This document shows, piece after piece, positions 54,401-64,000 of a DNA stretch of 64,000 bases. The DNA comes from Phoronis australis. Taxonomy: Eukaryota; Animalia; Phoronida. Every line of letters begins with the position of its first letter. The first letter of the stretch is position 1. The notes under the pieces were generated by a model. That model was not told the origin of the DNA. It saw only the letters and a list, made by a program, of their open reading frames with translations, and searched no databases. The position numbers were made by a program, and so were the translations under genes. The DNA is taken from contig NMRA01000029.1 in NCBI GenBank assembly GCA_002633005.1, positions 1,531,796 to 1,595,795 on the forward strand, written 5' to 3'.

Positions 54401-57400
54401 TCCAATGCATCAGGTGTTCAAAATAAATTTCTCGCAATATTGTAGATTTCAAGTTTACTTCCTTTATTAATATAACAAATGTGTTCCATTGTCTGTTCTT
54501 TACGGTGGCATACACTGCGTGTATCAGGATCTCTAATGTTTACTTTCTGGAGGAATGAGTTTGTTCATAAACTTCTATGGAAGTCATCCACAGCAACCTT
54601 GACCTATTCGAAATATATCTCAAAGCTAAACAATAGATGTTTGATGATTTTTTAATCAATCAGAGAGTCATTATCAGCAATTTTCGGATAGGTAGTTGGA
54701 TTTTTACTGAAGTATTTCTTCAAAGAGCGGCCCAATTAGTATATAAAGACGTATAATTTTGGGTGAATGGTAGTCGAAATACTTCACAGCAAGTTTGACG
54801 GATCCGTATTCTAAAATCTCCGCCTTGATAGAGTAGAAATCATTTGAACCATTGAGATTTTTTTCCTAGTGGTTTAATTAATCACTCTGTCACCTCTGTT
54901 GCTCCTTACCTTTTCATGTTACTATTGTACCCTATTGGTTTTGCAGTTTGGTAGCACTGAGTCTCTCATTTTTAAGAATTAAAAAACAGTTTTAAGCGTG
55001 TTAGCTTGACAGAATGATAATTAATTATGAATTAAATTATTTACCGTTTGCTTGTGTTGTAATTACACACCATCAAGAACTGATGACTCTTATGCATATC
55101 GGTTGAAAACCGTACGAGTTGCGAAAAGTTTCAATAACATAGCAAGAACCAACAACGGAACAAAGCAATTCAAACAAATGGCACGCATGCGCGGTGCAGC
55201 CTCAGCAGCGCGAGATCGAAGTTGGCATTCCACGGTTAGAGTTCTATGTATGATCAAGATAAGAAATATAAGCGTCTAACCTTCTGGTTTCCAACAACAG
55301 AACCCATGCGAAAAACAAAATGAGCGTCACTGGAATTACTTTCGGGACAGGAATTCTAAAAGCTTTTTCGTAAGGGATTGCATGCAAACTGCACCTCCTT
55401 AAGAAGATGTTTTTCTTCTTACTCAACCATAGCAGATATATATCTCAAAGCTTTTTATGACTGATTTTCGCAATTTTTGACATTGGCATTGAAGCAAAAA
55501 ATTATTATCAAATTTAAAACAGTTGCCCAAAAGTTGCTTTGATTAACATCAAACACAGAAGATTTTCTATGTCATTTTAGTGCAAAACTCAGTTGAGACC
55601 AGCTCGTCTGCCTAAATCAACCTTTTCCAATATTTTCACGTTCAAGCTGCTCGCGTAAATTAGAAGGAAATATCCCTTTGGATTGCTAACATGAGTTAAA
55701 GATGTACGTATTGTTAAAACGACTATGAAATGTCTTGTGCGTGTTCTCAATAATTAACGAACTGTCATTTCTTTGAAAACAAATAACTTTACACCTAATT
55801 TTTCACCATTCCTTGATCCTTGATCGGATACGTCCGCCAACATCAGAGGAGAAATACGTCAAAAATAACCGGTGTAAATCCATATGGAAGGACTCTGATC
55901 GAAACTCCTGGGAATTCATGTCAATGATAATTGATCAGATATTACAGTGTGCTTCACAACAAGGGCGTGTGTTCCTATATTATTGGAGCACTCGAAGTAG
56001 ATGTCAGTGTTGTCTTCTGCTGTTCTCCATTGTAATAGAGAATATTTACTGCAAGTTTACACAAACATGGTACATTCATACCTATAAATGCATGAATAAT
56101 GCTAAAACAATTTTACATTTCTTATTATTTTGTCATACCGCAACGATTATCCTACCGTGTTTATAGTGATGAAAGGGCATGGCTTTTTAACACCAGATGG
56201 CGTATAAACACACTTGTCATTCCAGGCACAGCTATACGACTGCGTCAGGTTGTGACATATTCCACATTCTGGTCCCAATAGAGGGCATTTGTACATCTCA
56301 GCTGCAAAACAGAAAGGTTTGTTAACACGCAAATCATTGTATTTGCATTCCTACGTATGTGGGATAACCTGTTTATGCTATGTATTTGAACTCATTTGCA
56401 TCACGGTGATAACTTCGTGCCATGTGTTTCGGCTTGTTGTTATAAGACGTCATGTATATTCCAACCCTACCAGGGCCAGTTAACGATTAGTAAATCTGTG
56501 ATATTTAATTACCAGTAAAGCTTTATTTCATATTAAATCTATCAAACTTTCATTTTGTGAAATATTCAAGTTAAAAACGAACCAATTAACAGTGTTAAAA
56601 GTTCGTCGGGAATTTAGAAACAATCCATCCGGGAATATAAGTATTGAATCATTAACTGAGCAGTTGTGCATGCAGCACTGCCTTGTTTTAGTTCAGTTTC
56701 TAAGTTTTTTACAATTGGGTCTATTTTCTGGTGTTAGTATCTGGAATAGAAATAGTTATACAAATATGTCCCTCGTGTTGATCAAAGCAGTGGAAAATAA
56801 CGCTGCAAACTGTTGATTTGCAAAACTTAAGGTAAAAGGACTGCATCAATCGCCAAAGCAGATTTTACTCCATCAGCGAGAGAGAGTAGAGGAACGCTGC
56901 GAGCAGACATACTCGAAGCGAAACAGGCGAAATATAAACTCTTTCATCTCCCCCCTAATAGTAGCTATGCGCGCACACGCTCCAAGAAGTCGGACTGGCT
57001 TCTGTTTGAAATCGCCAATGTTTTGTTTACGTCAAAGGTCACATTTCCCAAACAGGGCAAATCTGATACGCTTATGTCTTGTTATACCAAAGAAGGAGAC
57101 GTGTTTTGCATTGTGGAACAAAAGTCGGCGAAGTGACAAGCAGTTGACAGGACGTTATTTTGAAGGAAAATTGGTTTGACATCAACAGAAATCGTTACAA
57201 ACAAACCGTGAAAATAAATGGTTTGACATCTGTTTCAGTAGCAGAGAATCGGTTTGGTGTTGTTGTTCACGTGTTTTGCAACTTTCAAGTCAGATTTTAT
57301 CTATGGGTGGTTATTTGAGAAATTCCTCACTCCAAAACTTGCTTTTATCAGTTGTTATCGAATTCAATGTAGCAAAACTAAAACTTAATGAAAACTAATT

Positions 57401-60400
57401 CATCATAACATATTGATAAAAATACTTGTGATTTCTTTTTTGAAAGACATCTTTTACAAGAGAAAACTTGCAACCTGACGCGCAAGTGATACGCCATGTG
57501 AACAGTCTGGGTGAAGTATTTAAAAAATCTGCCGAAAAAAATGTAAGAAACTTAGGAATTCGAAGCACCTGGGATATATACAAAACGTACCTCGATTGGC
57601 GTACACGAAGTAATATCCCACTCGACCTTATTCCGCGTATATTCGGTCTCGGTCGATACGCGGAATAATGCCTCGTGGGATATTACTTCCTGTACGCCAC
57701 GTTTTGTGTATATTCAGACTCTAACCCAAGGACAGAGTAGTCGATAAAAACTAATGTCAGTGACTAAAAGACAAAAGTCTCTAGTCAGCGCGTAGCAGAG
57801 GTAGCAGACGTACAATGTAAACATACACGGTAAGATGCCCACCCAAGAATAGAGTTGAGGTCCTCTGAATCGATGTACCCATAGACACGTGTTTCGAAAA
57901 TAAATCCTATTATTCTCAAAGATCAGAAACTGAGACCAAATTTACAAAGGTAATTAGTCTAAAACAAACTAACTTTTCAAAATCTGTCTTCATGATTTTT
58001 TTTAAATCTTATATCTAAAGTACTTGTAAATTATGTTAACAACGCACTTGGCTAAAATGGCATCTCATCCTTCCTGAAATTTTGAGAGTAGGTCAACACA
58101 AGCATTAGATTAATTTCAGACCACATAAATACTAACCAGAAACATGGTTTGGATTGTCAACTTCAAAGTCTCCATTCCTGATAAGTGAGATGGTAACTCT
58201 TTTCGTCGGCACATTTTCGGGGTAGAAGTACTGAAAATAAATCAGAATAATTGTATATTTCTTTAGCCTTTAAGAGTCCTCGTTTTGGAATTATAAAAAT
58301 GATATAAAATAGTTCAAACGTCATCAAAAAGTATGGTAGGTCTTTGCATGTTTTGAAAATAGATGCAATGTCGTGGTATTTTTTTATTTTGTACGATACC
58401 ACCCTTTTCAAACATGCTTACTCAGTGATTTATTCATTGCTGCTCATGTTAGGGAGACACAAGGAACGAACCCAAAAAATTTCAATTAATCCTACATAAG
58501 CTATTTTTCAAGTTGGGTAGACTTAAAATTCAGTGCATGATATTCTCCAGCAACTTAAAACTACACCAATAAGTTTTCATAGATTTTTAACTCTTTCAAA
58601 AAGGATTAGAATTGATAACTTCATACAACATCTGGGGTTCGTTTTTGACTCACCTTGTATATTAATCTTTTTGTTTTCTTTCCATGCACACGCATATCTA
58701 ATGATCAATGTGTATGTACTTTCGAAAGAAGACAATAATAAAGTTTATCTTATCTAATTCTTATTGAGCACCTCTGCATTCCCACGGCATGTGACAACGT
58801 CACCGTCAATGGAGACGTCTGTTGTAAACGTGCTGTCATCGACCTTCACCTTGCACTCATAGCCAGATTGACTGTCCTACAAAAATTGAGAAGGTTTCTC
58901 AGCCCATAAGTATAGACAAGTCCAAACTATGATGCCATTCGGCTTAAGACTTTATGAAAATAAGAATCAATGAAACAGAATAAAAGACCTGGGTCCGGGA
59001 TCAAATCTTTGCACTTGAAACCAAAATCGAATTTATTTTTAACATTTTTTCATCTAATGGCGCTATTCTGTGCTCGAGTATATTATGGTTCACGTGGATC
59101 ACTGTGTAATCCTAGTTTGAACGAGATGACTCCAGCATTGCAGAAACAAATCAAAGAGAATTACCAAGTTTTTACTCGAGCTTGTAGCTCGACTCTTGGG
59201 ATCATTCAGAGCGAGTTTGGACTAAACGCTTATATAAATGATGATACACTCGATCACAGAATAATACATGTAGATAGTTTTAAAGTATTAAAAGAGAATG
59301 AAAACGTGAAAGTAATATTCGAGTTTAGCTAAAGAAATCAGAACCTGAGCCCAGAACTCGGAAATGTACAATGAAAATAATGTTGCGAATCTTAGCAATT
59401 GGATTGGAAAAGGCCTTTAATTAGTTGAAAGAATATCACATATGCATGATAAAATTATAATAAAAATTGCATAGAAAACGCATTTGATACATTTAATACT
59501 ATTTCACAGCATTAGAACGTGAACTTAAACATGAATGGACTTCGGAATGTTTGATTATTCGAGTTGGGAATGTTTTTATCAGAACCTAATAAATTGATAA
59601 ACTTTTCCTCCAATTTTCATACATATTAAAACAAACAACATTGATTCACCACGTCACGATCTAGACGACGAACAGTTGTACTTCTAATATTCCGTTTCCT
59701 TACCATCCGCGTCGGTAAGTTCTTGGTCTTCAGTACAAACTCCTTCCGATGACCGCTGGGGAGCAATATTGTTCGGGTCGAAGGATCGATGCGTGGGCAA
59801 CTGGAATTTGTGGTGACATTTCCTGGCTTACAGACAGCGTTGTCAGTCGAATGCACGCACTTGTGGTCAAACACGCACCAATGACATCCCCATTGACTTT
59901 CAGTACAAGGTATACACCTGAAACAAAATAAATGATGTAGCCAGGAGTTTGTGAGCTCCAGCGAACGGGCTGTATCATTAATGCATTCAGGGGTACACCT
60001 AACGAAGGTGTAGGGTGAAGTTTATCGTACCGACTTTCAAAATGGGTAAGTATCTTATTCAACAAGCGTTACGGAATATTCCCCTGGTGCAGAGCGTAAA
60101 CACAGAAATTGTGCTCTGAAATTTAGGTAAAATACAACTACACTCGAATTTTTTAACCTCGGGCTGATTGGTCAACAACGAAAATCACAATTTAGGTTAT
60201 CCTGTAATTTGTTCAAAAAGAGACAATTGGTGCCCCGAACATGATTCCAGCAGATATGACACCCCACTGAAACAAACTATCATTCACGTCTTATTTGATA
60301 ACACCTTTGAGCTGATTAGTCAGTATTTTTCAGTAAAAAGATATTTACATCTTGTGAGCTTTACATGAGAAAAATGTGAAGTTCTTGGATATGAAGAGCA

Positions 60401-63400
60401 TTCCAGTTTCTGAGGAATTAAGTGACAGCGCCACCACTGTGTGATCTGAAACAATAAGAATGATTATGCCTTACACACTAGGCTTACTGGCTCCATAATT
60501 CCGCACAAATATCATGTCAAGGTGTCATAATTAATTCCGTAATGAACAAGACAAACAAATAAATGATCCACTCATCATAACCCCCTTACATCAGAGGCTT
60601 CCTAGATATACTGCACCGCAACATTGTATGACGCTGGTTTTTATCGGTTTCAGTTGAAACGGACATGAGGTGGCGCAGATTATGTCGAGCCCGTCAAAAA
60701 TGCAGAAACTTGACGTCTCGTAATAAAAACCTGTTCATCAAATTTAATGAAGTTCAGTCTAAGGACTCCTAAGCTATAAAGGCAAATGTGCAAATGCCAT
60801 TAGATGCCAAAACTACAATCAGATCAGTTCCTAGGTCTTCGCCATCGTTCAACTAGTAGCATAGCAGCGACTAGACGGCTCCGGACAATGCTGGTCCACC
60901 CAGCAAGTGCTCAAGCTCATCCCCCTCCCCACAATGATCTTTTTTATTTTGACGTTTCCCTCTCAGAAGCAACGCATTCGTGATCTCACTCTCCGCATAG
61001 CATGTGCTGATGATTGCAATGAATGCACAGCCACCATGCGACACCTTTCAGTCTCGTCAACTCACGTGACTTGTCAAGTAAGACAGGCATGAAGCCGACT
61101 GTGTGCCAAATTTCATGAAGATCTTCCGAAGGTCTTTAGAGATACAACAACAAATGTAAAATGCCCGGAATCATGGATATGAGGACGCATGAAAATGACA
61201 TTTAAAAGTCAATCCAAGAGAAAATTAAAAGAAATCAAAAAATTTCCAAGGGTCATCTCGCAGACTCAGCTTAAGCTTTGTGTACGAGCTCGCGGTGTGG
61301 CTCTGGTAAAAAATGACCAATTTTACAATTTTTTTGTCCAAATGTTCACGAACAAACTGGCACGTTTTTGCATAAACAAACCAGCAAATTTCCCAATATC
61401 AAAAACAGGTACATTGCACTCAGTGAAAGAAAACACACAATGGGATAACGATGTGATCAGTACATGTAAGTACTTCCAATTAAAATAATAATTTTGTTGG
61501 ATCCATGACATTACAAGAGATAAATCCGGAGGCACTTTTTCGTAATGTTGAACGTGGATGTCATTCGAGTGCTTCTACAAACGGCGCTGGAGACATCGAA
61601 ATACATGTTCATCAATGGAGCTCGGAAGTGTAAAAAAATTTTGAAAACTTTGGAATTGGGCTTTTTAAAATTTTCGTTCTAAAAGTTCCCAATATTGCGA
61701 ACCTTGTTTGTGATTTCGTTACATTTATATGGTTTAAATCAGAAAAAAATAATAAGAATTAATATTTTTGAGACCATAATGCTTCCTGACATATCCATAC
61801 AGCATTTCACTCACTGACTGTTCACAAGTGACCATGGGTCAGAGGTTACGCGGCGCAGGTGATTTTAAAGTTGATGTGAATATTTCATATGATTTTTAAT
61901 GAAAAATTACGACTCGAGCACTATGCAAAGACAATTTTTAATTAAGGGCTCTACACTGTAGATTATGAACCAGATCAATCGAAAATTATGTTTTCCATTT
62001 TGAAGGTAAAAAGCCTACATCAGAGAAAAGGCATAGATGTCTGAAATACAATTATAGATAATAAAATTCGGGTTGTGGGTTCTAAACTTATCGCTAATCC
62101 GTTTGTGTTATAATTTTGACATTTTTTGACCTGGTCGGCCATCTTGAACGACAACGGCATAGGTTACAAGTTTCAAAGTCATCCATTCAAGATAGTTTAC
62201 ACAGCTATTCTAGCAGTAAACTTGAGTGACACATATCGTTTTTTACCATTCTGAACGTTACGGTAATTTTGAAACAGATCCTGATAAATAATAACAATGT
62301 TTAACATTGTAATAACCGAGGAATTGGCGCCATAGTTTCAGACTATATACTATTTATTAAATCAAACTGAGACAGAAGTCTCATATAATTATTAGTTTTG
62401 TATCAAATGTTATGTTTGGGACTTGATTGCATGTTGAGTGTTATTTACACTGGTGCAATTTTATTAGATAATCATTTTGGGAAAGTTTGATGATCGCACC
62501 GGCAACCAACGTGGAGTCAAACTTCCGAGGTCAAATGACACTGTTAAAATAGTCCCAGGTGTGCAATGTGGAAAACAATATCGTATTTAATCAACTTATT
62601 CAACGCGTAGGTGGTGAAATTGTTGACACACTTCTGCAACAAAGCAGTTGTGTACAATTTTGCCGATGTTTGTGCCATAACTATACGGAATACTCCGCAT
62701 GTATTTATTTCAATATGAAGTGGCCCTTCAATTGACTAGTCTGAAGCACATTCTAATTAAGTTACTTACTGTTTGGGTCAAATTAGCATACACTTTAATT
62801 TGTAATGCGATCACTTCAGATAGTTAGCTACATTTATCCCTGAATTAGCCTGAAACTTTGAACCCGTGAGTCCAATATTTTAAAACATGGCATTTTTTAT
62901 CTCTTATGAGAGTGTGAAAAGTGGCAAAATCACTTTTGGGTGGAATCAGTTAAACGATTAGCATATCCAGTGTATCCATATATGTTTTATGTAATGTTTA
63001 TCAGGTGATAAGGTGGACGCTGCTAGGACACAGAAAAGACAGAATCACTTAGCAGCTGCCTTCGTTGCTTTTATCAACTAGTTTCAATAATTGCGTCTCA
63101 AAACGTTGGTTCGATATGCAACTGTTTCCAAAATATTAATAAACGTGCTATGGAAAAACTGTGCAAATTAAAAGTTTCAGTAAATACAAGCGAGATGTGT
63201 ATGTCCCTTGAGTGTAAGAAACTCCATATGTGAGTCCTTTCATTAACACAACGTACCGCCGTCATCTGGACGGAAGTTCGAAGGTTCTGGTGTTTCACAG
63301 CGAACACCGTATGACGTCTTGGTCGCTGGCGTGGAGATTTCTTTGCCAAAAACGCACGTGTACGTATTGTCTTCTGGTAAGTGAGAGATAGTCAAATTGA

Positions 63401-63401
63401 G
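30343..63401 (-). CDS. PLXN: Plexin gene 1 (semaphorin receptor), 5'-partial, 24 coding exons
   Basis: Exons assembled by hand with GT-AG boundaries and consistent phases. The product includes PSI domains, four IPT repeats, a TM helix, [70 protein letters not shown] and [13 protein letters not shown]. Class (A or B) not assigned. Confidence 0.96.
31130..31204 (-). CDS. Plexin 1 penultimate exon ([25 protein letters not shown])
   Basis: FNxxxALxELxxY motif; ccag acceptor, gtaat donor. Confidence 0.92.
31760..31900 (-). CDS. Plexin 1 exon ([24 protein letters not shown])
   Basis: Conserved motif; ttcag acceptor, gtaag donor. Confidence 0.95.
32164..32311 (-). CDS. Plexin 1 exon ([22 protein letters not shown]...RLGK)
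   Basis: FLR-like LRFW motif with the third catalytic arginine. Confidence 0.96.
33517..33677 (-). CDS. Plexin 1 exon ([11 protein letters not shown]...[12 protein letters not shown]...HTWKSN)
   Basis: GAP C-terminal half motifs. Confidence 0.95.
34684..36337 (+). mobile_element. Same HINE-like family, copy 2, in a plexin 1 intron
   Basis: Same 5' end and array with one extra, partly deleted higher-order unit; terminal hairpin deleted. Confidence 0.8.
36749..36897 (-). CDS. Plexin 1 exon (WHLVK...[12 protein letters not shown])
   Basis: Conserved plexin motif; ttcag acceptor, gtatg donor. Confidence 0.95.
37273..37443 (-). CDS. Plexin 1 exon, RBD (EWRHG...[14 protein letters not shown])
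   Basis: LNTLxHY motif. Confidence 0.95.
38175..38328 (-). CDS. Plexin 1 exon, RBD ([23 protein letters not shown])
   Basis: Rho-GTPase-binding domain signature. Confidence 0.95.
40432..40578 (-). CDS. Plexin 1 exon ([22 protein letters not shown])
   Basis: [14 protein letters not shown] motif. Confidence 0.95.
42494..42817 (-). CDS. Plexin 1 exon, GAP N-terminal half ([18 protein letters not shown])
   Basis: Catalytic RR motif intact. Confidence 0.96.
44830..44966 (-). CDS. Plexin 1 exon ([29 protein letters not shown]...LFPG)
   Basis: Highly conserved start of the plexin cytoplasmic region. Confidence 0.95.
45435..45666 (-). CDS. Plexin 1 exon, transmembrane helix and juxtamembrane coiled coil
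   Basis: [22 protein letters not shown] then RRRS...[21 protein letters not shown]. Confidence 0.95.
47424..47600 (-). CDS. Plexin 1 exon ([25 protein letters not shown])
   Basis: tttcag acceptor, gtacg donor, phase 0 to 0. Confidence 0.92.
48103..48336 (-). CDS. Plexin 1 exon (MVCPSP...IGFIMDNV...FVDNPKF)
   Basis: Plexin IPT motif GFxMDxV; gtaag donor. Confidence 0.92.
48957..49053 (-). CDS. Plexin 1 exon ([18 protein letters not shown])
   Basis: IPT motif; tacag acceptor, gtgag donor. Confidence 0.92.
50063..50233 (-). CDS. Plexin 1 exon (IPT: ...[19 protein letters not shown])
   Basis: ttttag acceptor, gtacgt donor, phase 2 to 2. Confidence 0.9.
51245..51387 (-). CDS. Plexin 1 exon (IPT: [27 protein letters not shown])
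   Basis: PxxGPxSGGTxITITG motif; ttacag acceptor, gtaag donor. Confidence 0.93.
52095..52251. mobile_element. ~160 bp MITE-like element, copy 2 (inverted relative to copy 1)
   Basis: Reverse complement aligns with 8853-9010 (gaagtcttg..tttttagcgaggtcctagcg..actgaac.ggaggcag). Confidence 0.7.
53383..53640 (-). CDS. Plexin 1 exon (IPT: [22 protein letters not shown]...FEYK)
   Basis: IPT/TIG signature; tttag acceptor, gtaag donor. Confidence 0.92.
56156..56301 (-). CDS. Plexin 1 exon (PSI: [25 protein letters not shown])
   Basis: PSI pattern; gcag acceptor, gtagg donor. Confidence 0.9.
57574..57714. repeat. Long near-perfect inverted repeat (hairpin) in a plexin 1 intron
   Basis: tggcgtaca.gaagtaatatccca / tgggatattacttc.tgtacgcca plus inner ttattccgcgtat / atacgcggaataa arms. 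Confidence 0.9.
58137..58230 (-). CDS. Plexin 1 exon ([27 protein letters not shown])
   Basis: ttttcag acceptor, gttagt donor, phase 0 to 1; matches the plexin segment before LYKC. Confidence 0.85.
58772..58876 (-). CDS. Plexin 1 exon ([14 protein letters not shown]...VTCRGNAE)
   Basis: ttgtag acceptor, weak gtgctc donor followed by an in-frame stop; 105 nt, phase 0 to 0. Confidence 0.8.
59704..59917 (-). CDS. Plexin 1 exon (PSI domain [20 protein letters not shown]...CPRI)
   Basis: PSI cysteine pattern; tttcag acceptor, gtaag donor. Confidence 0.92.
60349..60445 (-). CDS. Plexin 1 exon ([28 protein letters not shown])
   Basis: gtttcag acceptor, gtaaat donor, phase 1 to 2, fits both neighbours. 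Confidence 0.85.
63257..63401 (-). CDS. Plexin 1 exon (TIG-like, [19 protein letters not shown]...CETP)
   Basis: ttttcag acceptor, gtacgt donor, 145 nt, phase 0 to 1; not in the ORF track in this frame. Confidence 0.85.
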
Positions 63402-64000
63402 CTGAAAAACGAAACAGAGCTCACAGATCTTATAATGAACTATTACTAGGAACTGTCATATGTTCAGTTTGGAATGCTGTTACGGCGATATAAATTGTTT
63501 GACATTACAAGTTGACAATATCATTGATTCAACCTCGTGTATACAAACACACGTCAATCAAACATCACAGGGGTCCTGAGGCTTAAAGAATTATTTACGG
63601 ACGAAAATGCATCTTGAGAATATTACTCTAAGGAATAGACTTTTTGAAGTCATAAGCATTGACCAAAATTGTAAAACATCAAATGCTGTTGTGTTTTTGA
63701 GATTTTATTGCAATTAGAATAAAATGGAAGTCATTCACATCGAATTGAATGCACTCAAATACACAAAAATGTGTGTTTTAGTATCACAAAAATTAAAAAG
63801 GCAATTTTCCAACGTCTATTCCTCTCACAGACAAAAGGAGGCTGCTTAGGCCAAGTAACCTAACGGTGAGATTTGTCTATTGCATTTGTCAATAATTACA
63901 CTTTCATAAAAATTAGCAATTGTTTTCATGTTTGGGCACTGAGGTGAAACCCAAAAATATTGGTAAATGAAAATCTTATGATATTTCCAAATCTTCAAAA

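Noticed and set aside
58653-58720. Candidate plexin exon [10 protein letters not shown] with a gtgag donor
   Set aside because: No phase-compatible acceptor, and exon 58137-58230 fills the gap with a better plexin match.

Overview
AT-rich animal genomic DNA, probably from a marine invertebrate (inferred from the repeat families), with spliceosomal genes on the minus strand. Most of the window is one plexin gene: 24 GT-AG exons from 63401 to 30343 that join in phase and cover TIG/PSI/IPT repeats, the transmembrane helix and the split GAP/RBD region. Its Sema-encoding 5' part lies beyond the right edge. A second copy of its terminal exon and 3' UTR lies across a single-N gap at 28326-28837. A second, tandem plexin starts at 14078 with a large signal-peptide plus Sema exon, and none of its later exons were found in the window. 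Introns and intergenic DNA hold decayed mobile elements: CR1/L2-type LINEs, an inverted Penelope pair with degenerate hammerhead ribozymes, a Kolobok-type element with a THAP remnant, RNase H and Gypsy fragments, MITEs and Helentron-associated (HINE-like) tandem-array elements. The most unusual signal is a HINE-like family, present twice, whose array places a CTCF-consensus motif about every 148 bp in one orientation. All calls come from reading the sequence by eye; no searches were run.
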